Virus record (IMG/VR): IMGVR_UViG_3300005805_000469
Span: 1-24,619 of that record
Source: a virus
Lineage: Duplodnaviria; Caudoviricetes
Length of the DNA stretch: 24,619 nt
Strand: one strand, 5' to 3'
Under the pieces are notes generated by a model that searched no databases, had not been told where the DNA came from, and saw only the letters and a list, made by a program, of their open reading frames with translations. A program made the translations under genes and the position numbers. Positions within the stretch are counted from its first letter, which is position 1, and the number at the start of each line of letters is the position of its first letter. This document shows, piece by piece, positions 1-8,239 of the stretch.

Positions 1-1
1 G

Positions 2-406
2 CACGATATGGACAACACGCCCGGGGAGGCGGAAATTGAAAATCTTAAAACACTGGCTGAAAAGGTTCTTCAACCTGTTAGAGACCACTACGGCAAAGGC
101 GTCAAAGTCAACTCGGGCTATCGTCACCCGGAAGTCAACGCCAAGGTCGGAGGCTCCAAAACGTCAGACCATTGCAAAGGTCAAGCCGCAGACATCGAAA
201 TCCCGGGCGTCGCAAACGCCGACCTCGCAGAGTGGATCACGAAAAACCTCGACTTCACGCAAGTCATCCTAGAGTTCTATACCCCCGGCATTCCTGACAG
301 CGGTTGGGTGCATGTTTCCTACAACCCAGCAGACCTGAAAAAGCAGGTCTTGACCGCTACAAAGCGTGACGGTAAAACTGTATATCTGCCCGGACTGGTA
401 GCCTAA
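2..406 (+). CDS. Endolysin, peptidase M15A (M15_3)-like zinc peptidase; 5'-truncated
   Basis: Motifs NSGYR, SDHCKGQAAD (SxH-x6-D) and WVHVS match M15 Zn ligands. The frame is open to the window edge (cac gat atg), so ATG 8 is probably internal. Confidence 0.85.
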   Translation, partial: HDMDNTPGEAEIENLKTLAEKVLQPVRDHYGKGVKVNSGYRHPEVNAKVGGSKTSDHCKGQAADIEIPGVANADLAEWITKNLDFTQVILEFYTPGIPDSGWVHVSYNPADLKKQVLTATKRDGKTVYLPGLVA

Positions 407-407
407 A

Positions 408-2321
408 ATGCCCTTCATCAAACTTCAGTTCCGCCCCGGTGTGAATCGGGATAACACTAACTACACTGGTGAGGGTGGTTGGTGGGAAATGGACAAAGTG
501 CGGTTTCTGTCTGGCTCACCACAAAAACTTGGTGGTTGGGCCAAGGCCACACCTAACTTCATGTACGGTGTGTGCCGAAACATGTGGAACTGGATCACAT
601 CGTTTACAGATAACTTCTTAGCCTGTGGCACCAACAAAAAACTCTACATTGAGGCTGGTGGATACTTTTACGACATCACCCCTCTTCGTGAAGTCAATCC
701 TACGTTAACTACTCCGACAACAGATAACTGCGTAGACGTAACCAACGGAACAGCGGTTGTAAACATTAACATTATTGGACACGATGGGATTACTGGTGAT
801 TTTGTAACTATCTCAGGTGTTACAGGTAGCGGGTCTCCTGCCAACATCGGTGGCATCCCTGTATCTGAAATCAACGCCAACCATGAAATTACCGTAGTAG
901 ATGCAAACAACTTCACAATTACGGTAACCACTGCGGCTACGTCTACGGTGTCAAATGCTGGTGGTACTGCGATTACTGTTGACTTTGAGATTGAAACAGG
1001 AAACGCAATTGTTACCGCTGGTTACGGCTGGGGTACGGGAACATGGAGCCGTGGTGAGTGGGGTCTAGGTTCTACTGAGCCAATATTTCTGCAGATGAGA
1101 GATTGGTGGATGGATAACTTTGACAACGATCTTGTTGCCAATATCCGTAACGGTCCAGTGTATTACTGGGAACGTGGTTCTACCGCTGATCCGTCTACCG
1201 CCTTAGCAACTCGGGCTGCACTTTTGTCTTCTTTTGGAGGAGCCAGCAATGTCCCAGAGAAAGTTATGCAGATTCTTGTCTCACAGCAGGATAAGCATCT
1301 ACTCGCTTTTGGCTGCGATCCTTACGGCGGTAGCGGTGCTATTGATTTTGATCCCCTTCTTATTAGGTGGGCTTCTCAAGACGATCCGTTCAACTGGACT
1401 CCGACCGCAACTAATTCGGCAGGCTTTCTCAGAATATCTCGTGGGTCACGGATTGTTCGGGCGCTCCCGACACGTCAAGAAGTTTTAATTTGGACTGATA
1501 CGCACCTGTATACACTACAGTTTTTAGGTACTACAGACGTATTTACGCTGCAGGAATATGCAGACAACATTTCTATTGCTGGGCCACGGGCCGTTACATC
1601 GGCGTCAAACATTACATACTGGATGGGTCAGGACAAGTTCTATGCCTATACAGGTCGTGTTGAAACGCTGCCTTGCACTCTGCGCCAATACATCTTTAGT
1701 GATCTTAACTTTGTTCAGTCTGAACAGATTGTCTGTGGAACCAATGAGCAGTGGAATGAGGTTTGGTGGTTCTATCCAAGTTCAGATTCAAACTGGAACA
1801 ACCGGTACGTGGTCTATAACCACTTAGAAAAGATCTGGTACTACGGAAACCTTGAGCGCACTGCTTGGCTAGATACACCGCTGCGTCAGTATCCACAGGC
1901 ATCCAATGGTCCTCAGACTGCCACGGTATCTTATCTTTATAACCATGAAGATGGCTTGGATGATGATGGTGTAGCCATGACTTCTTACATCCAGTCAAAC
2001 GACTTTGACATAGCAGATGGTGAGCAGTTTATGCTGTCACGCAGGATTATTCCTGATGTCAACTTCACAACCTCGACTGCGGCTAACCCAGAAGTTACTC
2101 TTCAAATCCGACCACGCAACTTTCCCGGATCAGGCTTTCAGCCGGGAGAGACTGCAGATAACAGGAAGGTTGTGGCTACATCAGTAGATGCCTATACAGA
2201 TCAAGTATTCATCCGTGCCCGTGCCCGTCAGATGGCACTCAAGATCATGTCGGATCAGTTGGGTGTGCAGTGGCAGTTAGGTAGTCCCCGGCTAGATGCT
2301 CGTACGGACGGTAAGCGGTAA
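408..2321 (+). CDS. Tail nozzle / head-closure (tail tubular B or P22 gp10-like) virion protein
   Basis: 637 aa, Trp- and beta-rich. Has an inserted Thr-rich beta domain (TNGTAVV...GDFVTISGV...VVDANNFTIT) followed by GYGWGTGTWSRGEWG. Lies ahead of the ejection genes. Function inferred from resemblance and synteny. Confidence 0.6.
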   Translation: MPFIKLQFRPGVNRDNTNYTGEGGWWEMDKVRFLSGSPQKLGGWAKATPNFMYGVCRNMWNWITSFTDNFLACGTNKKLYIEAGGYFYDITPLREVNPTLTTPTTDNCVDVTNGTAVVNINIIGHDGITGDFVTISGVTGSGSPANIGGIPVSEINANHEITVVDANNFTITVTTAATSTVSNAGGTAITVDFEIETGNAIVTAGYGWGTGTWSRGEWGLGSTEPIFLQMRDWWMDNFDNDLVANIRNGPVYYWERGSTADPSTALATRAALLSSFGGASNVPEKVMQILVSQQDKHLLAFGCDPYGGSGAIDFDPLLIRWASQDDPFNWTPTATNSAGFLRISRGSRIVRALPTRQEVLIWTDTHLYTLQFLGTTDVFTLQEYADNISIAGPRAVTSASNITYWMGQDKFYAYTGRVETLPCTLRQYIFSDLNFVQSEQIVCGTNEQWNEVWWFYPSSDSNWNNRYVVYNHLEKIWYYGNLERTAWLDTPLRQYPQASNGPQTATVSYLYNHEDGLDDDGVAMTSYIQSNDFDIADGEQFMLSRRIIPDVNFTTSTAANPEVTLQIRPRNFPGSGFQPGETADNRKVVATSVDAYTDQVFIRARARQMALKIMSDQLGVQWQLGSPRLDARTDGKR

Positions 2322-3703
2322 TGGTTAATGTTGTCCTTAATTTTAAGAATGCGCCGCTACCTAACCCGCCAGCGAATTTTGATGCTCAATACATACGTCA
2401 AGTTATTCGGGTGTTGGAGATTTACTTTGACCAACTGGATGCTTGGAATCTGCAGGTATACAACGCATTAATAGGACTAGGCATGGACCCATTTTCACCA
2501 ACTTCTCTTGATGCGTTTGGCAGGCTGCGGGTTTCCCAGCCATACACTCTTTTTGACAGTCAGAACCGCTACGCCGCCGACAACCAATTTGACGTGTCAA
2601 CAACCGGCACCGGGACCACAACATTTCTGTCCAACGAAGCTGCCATCAAAATGGAAGTTACTGGTGCCGGTGTGGGTTCAGTTACCCGTCAGACATATCG
2701 AGTGTTTCCGTATCAGCCCGGTAAAGGCTTGTTGGTGCTTGCTACCTTTGTTATGGACAGCAGTACTAGCGCTAATCTGACTCAGCAAGTTGGTTACTTT
2801 AATGACAGCAACGGCGTATTCTTTAAACGCACTGGTTCAACTAACTCGTTTGTACTTCGCTCTAGTTCTACCCCTACACCCGGAACTCCAAGCGATGTTC
2901 GTACAGTAAATCAGGCCGATTGGAACGGTGATAAGTTAGACGGTACAGGAGATTCTGGACTAACGCTTGATACAAGCAAGGCTCAAATTCTTTGGATGGA
3001 CTTTGAGTGGCTGGGTGTTGGTTCGGTGCGTTGCGGGTTCATTATTGATGGTACGTATATTGTTTGCCATACGTTTGAGAACGCTAACGACATTACCAGC
3101 GTTTATATGACTACGGCTATCTTGCCGATTCGCTATCAGATTACTAGCACAACTTCTGCAGTTGCCGCTTCGATGAAGTCTATTTGTTGCTCTGTGGTTT
3201 CCGAGGGCGGATTTGAGCAGACTTCAATTGACCATGTAGCCAGACGCACTACAGTTCTTACCAATATTGATACCACGGCAACTTTCTTCCCTGTTGTGTC
3301 TATACGGCTAGCTTCGGGTCGTACTGGGGCGGTTGTTATTCCTAACCGAGTACAGTTTTTACCTCTTACTGCTCAGAACTATGAAGTTGTACTACTAAAG
3401 AACCCAACACTTACTGGTGCAACTTGGGCGGCTACTGTTCCATCAGACTCCAATGTGGAATTTGACGTAGCCGCTACTGCTATTTCAGCAACAGGAACAA
3501 TCGTTCAGACTGATTATGTGACTTCTTCTGGAAGTGGAGGTGTCTCCGAGACAAGCCTTCCCAACGCATATAACTGGGACTTGCAGTTAGGCGCAACGAT
3601 TGCTGGGGTAAGTGACATTTATACGCTGGCTGTCCGCACGGTGGACGGTGCAACCAAAGGAAGTGGGGTTGGGTCTATTTCATTCTTTGACCTGACCCAG
3701 TGA
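2321..3703 (+). CDS. Putative tail fibre/spike or receptor-binding structural protein
   Basis: 460 aa, coupled to the upstream gene by a TAATG overlap. Short Pro-rich/helical N-terminus (APLPNPP...YFDQLD), then a Thr/Ser/Gly-rich beta region starting DAFGRLRVSQPYTLFDS. Confidence 0.5.
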   Translation: MVNVVLNFKNAPLPNPPANFDAQYIRQVIRVLEIYFDQLDAWNLQVYNALIGLGMDPFSPTSLDAFGRLRVSQPYTLFDSQNRYAADNQFDVSTTGTGTTTFLSNEAAIKMEVTGAGVGSVTRQTYRVFPYQPGKGLLVLATFVMDSSTSANLTQQVGYFNDSNGVFFKRTGSTNSFVLRSSSTPTPGTPSDVRTVNQADWNGDKLDGTGDSGLTLDTSKAQILWMDFEWLGVGSVRCGFIIDGTYIVCHTFENANDITSVYMTTAILPIRYQITSTTSAVAASMKSICCSVVSEGGFEQTSIDHVARRTTVLTNIDTTATFFPVVSIRLASGRTGAVVIPNRVQFLPLTAQNYEVVLLKNPTLTGATWAATVPSDSNVEFDVAATAISATGTIVQTDYVTSSGSGGVSETSLPNAYNWDLQLGATIAGVSDIYTLAVRTVDGATKGSGVGSISFFDLTQ

Positions 3704-3731
3704 CACTAATTGACGAATCTAGGATAATCCT
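3700..3731 (+). promoter_or_regulatory. Candidate sigma70-like promoter with overlapping inverted repeat
   Basis: GTGACA (3700-3705), 17-nt spacer, GATAAT (3723-3728). AGGAT-A-ATCCT inverted repeat at 3721-3731. This is the largest intergenic gap in the + strand module. Confidence 0.3.
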
Positions 3732-3734
3732 GTT

Positions 3735-5210
3735 ATGGACCCACAATACGCATACCAATCCGCCCCGATGAACACGTTCCCTATGCGGATGCCCCCTGAA
3801 CTAATGGCCGAGGGTGGTCTGGCTGCTGCAGCGCGGCAGGTTCAGAGTAAGGGTAGGGATGGCGACTCTATGCTGGTCCACATGGCCCCCGGGGAAGTCA
3901 AGGGTCTACAGGCTCTGGCTATGGCGCAGGGTGGATCTTTGACTATTAACCCGACTACGGGTTTACCCGAAGCAAGGATTTTGCAGGCTCTTTTACCAAT
4001 GATTGCTGGCTTTGCCCTTGGTCCTGCTGGGTTTGCTTTAATGTCTGCTCCTATGGCGGGTCTAACTGTAGGTGCTTTGACCGGATTGGCTACTGGAAGC
4101 CTTAAAAAAGGTCTTATGGCAGGTTTAGGAGCCTATGGCGGGGCTGGTATTGGAGAAGGGTTGGTATCGGCTGGTGGGGGTGTTCCAAGCGGCGGGGCTA
4201 GTGCTGCTGGTGCAGCCCCTAAAGTAACTGCGGAACAGTTTGCTAACATCATTGGGGGTCCAGAGGCTGCAACTGCTCCGGGTAATTTATTTGGTGGTGC
4301 TGGTCTTTCTACCCCTGCCGAAATGGCCGCTAACATTGGTCCGGGCGTTGGCCCCGGTATTGCTCCTCCCGGTTTGGCTGTTTCACCAACGGCTCCTTTA
4401 CCTGCAGAACTCACAAACTTGCCACCTGCCGCTGCTACCCCATCAAGTAGTTTCCAGACGGCTGGAAAAGGGCTTAAGGAAATGTTCCAAACAGGCGATG
4501 CAGGCAAAGCTGCTAGATCTGCTTTTGGAAAAGCCCTTCCTTACGGAACAACTATGGCAACAGCAGTGCCTCTAGCATCGGCAGCGGCTGAACCACCAAA
4601 AGGCCCGGGCGGTACAGATACTTATCTACGTCCTTATAAGTTTGAGTGGAATCCTCAAGAGGATGCATATACGCCCTCTCCCAGACCCGGAGATTCTTCT
4701 GAACGTCGTTACTTTAACCCTACTTTTACTCCCTTACCAATCCAGCGAGTTGCTCAAGGTGGTGCAATCGTAGATCCTACAGACGAGATGTCTCAAGATG
4801 GTGGATACAAAGAGGGTGGAGAAACTGGACTGGCGGCTCTCGCTAAAAAACGTAGATCTTTAATGGGTGATAAACCCTATAAATTTGCTGAAGACCGCCG
4901 TGATAAGTCTATGGAAGCCGCTATTGAGCAAAACTTTGCTGGTGGCGGTGCCCTTCCCCCACGGTTCCTATCGGGTGGTGGCGATGGCATGAGTGATTCG
5001 ATTAAAGCCAATATTGACGGTAAACAAGAAGCCCGTCTGGCTGATGGTGAGTTTGTAGTACCTGCAGATGTTGTATCGCATCTTGGCAATGGTTCATCCA
5101 AGGCTGGGGCGAAGAAGTTGTACGCGATGATGGACAAAATAAGAAAAGCAAGGACCGGTAGAAAGCGTCAAGCACCGGAAGTCAACGCAGCAAAATACAT
5201 GCCCGCATGA
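3735..5210 (+). CDS. Putative internal virion (pilot/ejection) protein
   Basis: 491 aa, Gly/Ala/Pro-rich with hydrophobic glycine-zipper segments. N-terminal GRDGDSMLVHMAPGE...TINPTTGLPE module and C-terminal GGGDGMSDSI...LADGEFVVPADVV module. Start codon uncertain (several nearby ATGs). Confidence 0.6.
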   Translation: MDPQYAYQSAPMNTFPMRMPPELMAEGGLAAAARQVQSKGRDGDSMLVHMAPGEVKGLQALAMAQGGSLTINPTTGLPEARILQALLPMIAGFALGPAGFALMSAPMAGLTVGALTGLATGSLKKGLMAGLGAYGGAGIGEGLVSAGGGVPSGGASAAGAAPKVTAEQFANIIGGPEAATAPGNLFGGAGLSTPAEMAANIGPGVGPGIAPPGLAVSPTAPLPAELTNLPPAAATPSSSFQTAGKGLKEMFQTGDAGKAARSAFGKALPYGTTMATAVPLASAAAEPPKGPGGTDTYLRPYKFEWNPQEDAYTPSPRPGDSSERRYFNPTFTPLPIQRVAQGGAIVDPTDEMSQDGGYKEGGETGLAALAKKRRSLMGDKPYKFAEDRRDKSMEAAIEQNFAGGGALPPRFLSGGGDGMSDSIKANIDGKQEARLADGEFVVPADVVSHLGNGSSKAGAKKLYAMMDKIRKARTGRKRQAPEVNAAKYMPA

Positions 5211-5671
5211 ACTACGAGATAACACTAGAGAACTTTAGAGAGACATATAACGAATTAGAACCACTTTACAGACAACATTACTCAGAGATGGTTGAACGGC
5301 TTACAGCCGATGGAGTTGGTGATTACTCTCCATACAACCCAAGACTTGATGAGTATGTCAGAGCAGGTGATGGTGGTTGGTTGTTGACTTTTGTATTACG
5401 GCTAAACGGTCAAGCAGTTGGGTATAGCAATGTGTATGTGACTAACGATATGCACAACCATGATCTGATAGCCCAAGAAGATACTGTTTATGTTTTACCT
5501 GAACATAGAACTGGATGGGGTCGTAAATTGATTCAAGAAGTACATAACGAATTAAAAAGACGCGGTGTTAAGCGATTGAATATCACCACGGCTACAGACC
5601 TGCGAGTTTCAAAGTTGCTTGGGCGTATGGGATATAAACATACTGCTCATGCTATGACGATTACATTTTGA
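5207..5671 (+). CDS. GNAT-family N-acyltransferase
   Basis: 154 aa. Acyl-CoA-binding motif A region YVLPEHRTGWGRKLIQEVHNELKRRGV and C-terminal LLGRMGYK. ATGA overlap with the upstream gene. Confidence 0.8.
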   Translation: MNYEITLENFRETYNELEPLYRQHYSEMVERLTADGVGDYSPYNPRLDEYVRAGDGGWLLTFVLRLNGQAVGYSNVYVTNDMHNHDLIAQEDTVYVLPEHRTGWGRKLIQEVHNELKRRGVKRLNITTATDLRVSKLLGRMGYKHTAHAMTITF

Positions 5672-5682
5672 GGTAACGAACT

Positions 5683-6909
5683 ATGTGTTCACCTTCAGCA
5701 CCAGCACAACCAACTAGCACGACTCAGACAACAATACCTGAGTACGCCAAACCAACCGTAGAACGGATGATAGGTAGGGCCGAGGCTTTATCAGAGGCTC
5801 CCTATCAAAAATATGGTGAACAGCGTATTGCAGTTTCTAGCCCTGAGCAGCAGGCTGCTCGCGCTGGTGTAGCAGGATTAACTCAACCCGGACAATTTGG
5901 TGCGGCTACTGGATTAGTAGGTCAGGCTGGGCAGGCTGCTTTGGCCGCTGGTCAATATCAGCCCGGAGTGTTTGCCGCACCTCTTACTGAGGCTGCAAGA
6001 CTAAGACGATATCAGGCTGCAGGACCAGCCGAAGTTCAAGGTGGTCTTGGTTCGTTTACCGCCCCCGGCGCAGCCCAGCAATTTATGTCTCCCTACATGC
6101 AGAACGTAGTTGATGTTCAGCAGCGTGAGGCTATCCGTGCCGCACAGCAAGGACAACTTGCTCAAAACCTAGCCGCAGCCAAAACAGGAACTTATGGTGG
6201 CGCCCGTCAGACTTTGGCTATGACTGAGCGTGAGCGTAACCTTCAAGATCAATTAGCAAAAATTCAGGCCACTGGATCACAGGCTGCCTACGATCAAGCT
6301 CAGAGAGCCTTTGAGGCAGAGCAAGCCCGTGGTCTTCAGGCAGGTCTTCAGACCCAACAACTTGGCACCCAGACTGGACTGCAGAATCTTCAGGCTTTAC
6401 TTGGCGTTCAACAACTTGGCGCACAACAAGGACTTCAGTCCCAGCAACTTAATCAACAGGCGCTTATGGAAGCACAGCGTCTGGCAGAACAGTCCCGTCA
6501 GTTTGGCGGTACTTTAGGGCTTCAGGGTGCTCAGGCTGCTACACAAGCCGGTATGGGTCTTGGTCAACTTGGTACTTCCCAGCAAGCCTCAGATCTGCAG
6601 CGACTGCAGGCACAAGAACAGTTTGGTGCGATGGGTCAGGCAGAACGTCAGCGGGCACTTGATTTGGCCTACCAAGACTTTATTGCTCAGAGACAAGATC
6701 CATACAAGCAACTTGGCTTTTTGTCAGACATTCTCCGTGGATCTGCAAACCTTGCTGCTACGGGTGGTAAGGCTGTTTACGAGCAACCTCCGTCAATGCT
6801 TTCGCAACTTGGTGGTATAGGTATGGGTGCATATGGATTAAGTAAGTTGGGTGCATTTGCTGGTGGTGGTTTAGCCGATCTTGGCATGCACAACTTAATG
6901 AGAGGCTAA
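5683..6909 (+). CDS. Putative DNA ejection/transfer protein
   Basis: 408 aa, Gln/Ala/Gly-rich and helical. FMSPYMQNVVD and GTYGGARQ motifs, C-terminal hydrophobic glycine zipper. GAGGT upstream; starts Met-Cys. Confidence 0.65.
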   Translation: MCSPSAPAQPTSTTQTTIPEYAKPTVERMIGRAEALSEAPYQKYGEQRIAVSSPEQQAARAGVAGLTQPGQFGAATGLVGQAGQAALAAGQYQPGVFAAPLTEAARLRRYQAAGPAEVQGGLGSFTAPGAAQQFMSPYMQNVVDVQQREAIRAAQQGQLAQNLAAAKTGTYGGARQTLAMTERERNLQDQLAKIQATGSQAAYDQAQRAFEAEQARGLQAGLQTQQLGTQTGLQNLQALLGVQQLGAQQGLQSQQLNQQALMEAQRLAEQSRQFGGTLGLQGAQAATQAGMGLGQLGTSQQASDLQRLQAQEQFGAMGQAERQRALDLAYQDFIAQRQDPYKQLGFLSDILRGSANLAATGGKAVYEQPPSMLSQLGGIGMGAYGLSKLGAFAGGGLADLGMHNLMRG

Positions 6910-6910
6910 G

Positions 6911-8230
6911 ATGAACGAAATAGATTTAATGTCTCCATCTAAAGTTGCTGAAGCCTATGGTGGTGATAAGCGCAAAATAGGTCAAGCTGTTCAAATGGGT
7001 CTAATTGATCCTACTGTTGGTGTAATGGCGGGAATGTTTATTGACAGAATAAGAGCCGCTGCAGCAAAAGAACAGCAGCCTACAGCTACTGTGGCACAAG
7101 AAGTTATGGCCCCTGCTATGGCCCCTGCTACTCCCCCTGTTATGCCAGCTGCTGGTCTTGCTGCTGCGCAAGCTGCTCCTGTTGAACGTGGGCTGGCAGC
7201 ATTACCGGTGCCAGAAGAAGCGGTGCCTAATGAGTATGCAGGCGGTGGAATTGTTGCTTTCCAAAATCGGGGACTTGTAGATTTAGATTTATCAGACCCA
7301 GAGGCGCTTATGGAACTTGAGCGTCGTCGTTTAGCAGAGATGCAAGACAATCCACCCCCTACCGTTGACGCAGAAGCAGCACCAATTAATAAAGCAGCCA
7401 GTTTAGAAGATTTAATTTCGCAAGCCACCGCGCGTCGCGCTGCAATCGGTCTTAGCGAAGCAGAAAAAGCGTATCAAGAACGCCTTAAAGGTGCTTCAGA
7501 TCGTGCAAAAGCTGCAAAAGAACGCTCTTTTCATGAATTCCTTGTTGACATGGGGTTTAGAACAGCCGCTTCTAAATCTCCTCGCTTTTTACAAGCATTA
7601 GGTGAATCTGGTGCCGCTGCAACTCCACGCTTAATTGCTGGTGCTAAAGAAGCTAGTGAAATTGAAGAAGCTGGACTTAAGGGCCTTGCTGATATTGGCA
7701 AAGCCGAGCGGCTTGAAAAACTGGCAGGTATTACTGCTGGTGAGAAAATGTATGGTGACGAGCGCACTTTGCTGTCTCGTGAAGAACAGGCTAAGTTAGA
7801 TAGAGAAAACCGGTTGGCTATTGCTCAAATTCCAGATAAAGCACTGCAAGTTGCTACAAAACTAATACAAGATAATCCAAAAATGTCTTATTTGGATGCA
7901 GTTGCTCAGGCTTCTCAAGCGTTGACTCCAAGGGACACCTATAACGCTACACGCAATGCAGTGTCGGCGGCCGCTAAAGATGCTAATGCTGAGTTCACAA
8001 CACGAGCTACATTTGATTCTAAGCTGCAGGAAGACATAAGAAAAGCTGCACAAGGTGATAAAGACGCTCAGGCGCGTGTTGACGCAGTTAGAAATAGGAT
8101 TCAACAAGAAGTATTTAGACTTTATCAAGTACAGGGGGTAGACTTAAGTGGTGGTAAGATGGGACCAGCCCCTGCAGCTGGTGGTGGAGGTCGCGGCACA
8201 GTAGATACGTCAAATCCGCTTTTACGATAA
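6911..8230 (+). CDS. Putative internal virion/ejection protein
   Basis: 439 aa, Ala/Glu/Lys-rich coiled-coil character, YAGGGIVAF motif. GAGG upstream of ATG. Lies between an ejection-like gene and the giant gene. Confidence 0.6.
   Translation: MNEIDLMSPSKVAEAYGGDKRKIGQAVQMGLIDPTVGVMAGMFIDRIRAAAAKEQQPTATVAQEVMAPAMAPATPPVMPAAGLAAAQAAPVERGLAALPVPEEAVPNEYAGGGIVAFQNRGLVDLDLSDPEALMELERRRLAEMQDNPPPTVDAEAAPINKAASLEDLISQATARRAAIGLSEAEKAYQERLKGASDRAKAAKERSFHEFLVDMGFRTAASKSPRFLQALGESGAAATPRLIAGAKEASEIEEAGLKGLADIGKAERLEKLAGITAGEKMYGDERTLLSREEQAKLDRENRLAIAQIPDKALQVATKLIQDNPKMSYLDAVAQASQALTPRDTYNATRNAVSAAAKDANAEFTTRATFDSKLQEDIRKAAQGDKDAQARVDAVRNRIQQEVFRLYQVQGVDLSGGKMGPAPAAGGGGRGTVDTSNPLLR
7105..7130 (+). 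repeat. In-frame 12-bp tandem repeat (TATGGCCCCTGC x2)
   Basis: Exact duplication encoding MAPA-MAPA in a Pro/Ala linker. Confidence 0.85.
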
Positions 8231-8239
8231 GGGGCTGTA

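Noticed and set aside
690-1000. E1 FCCH-like beta insert plus GG motifs suggesting a ubiquitin-like conjugation system
   Set aside because: No E1 adenylation, E2, JAB or Ubl gene is in the window, the GG motifs are internal, and such beta inserts are common in phage tail proteins.
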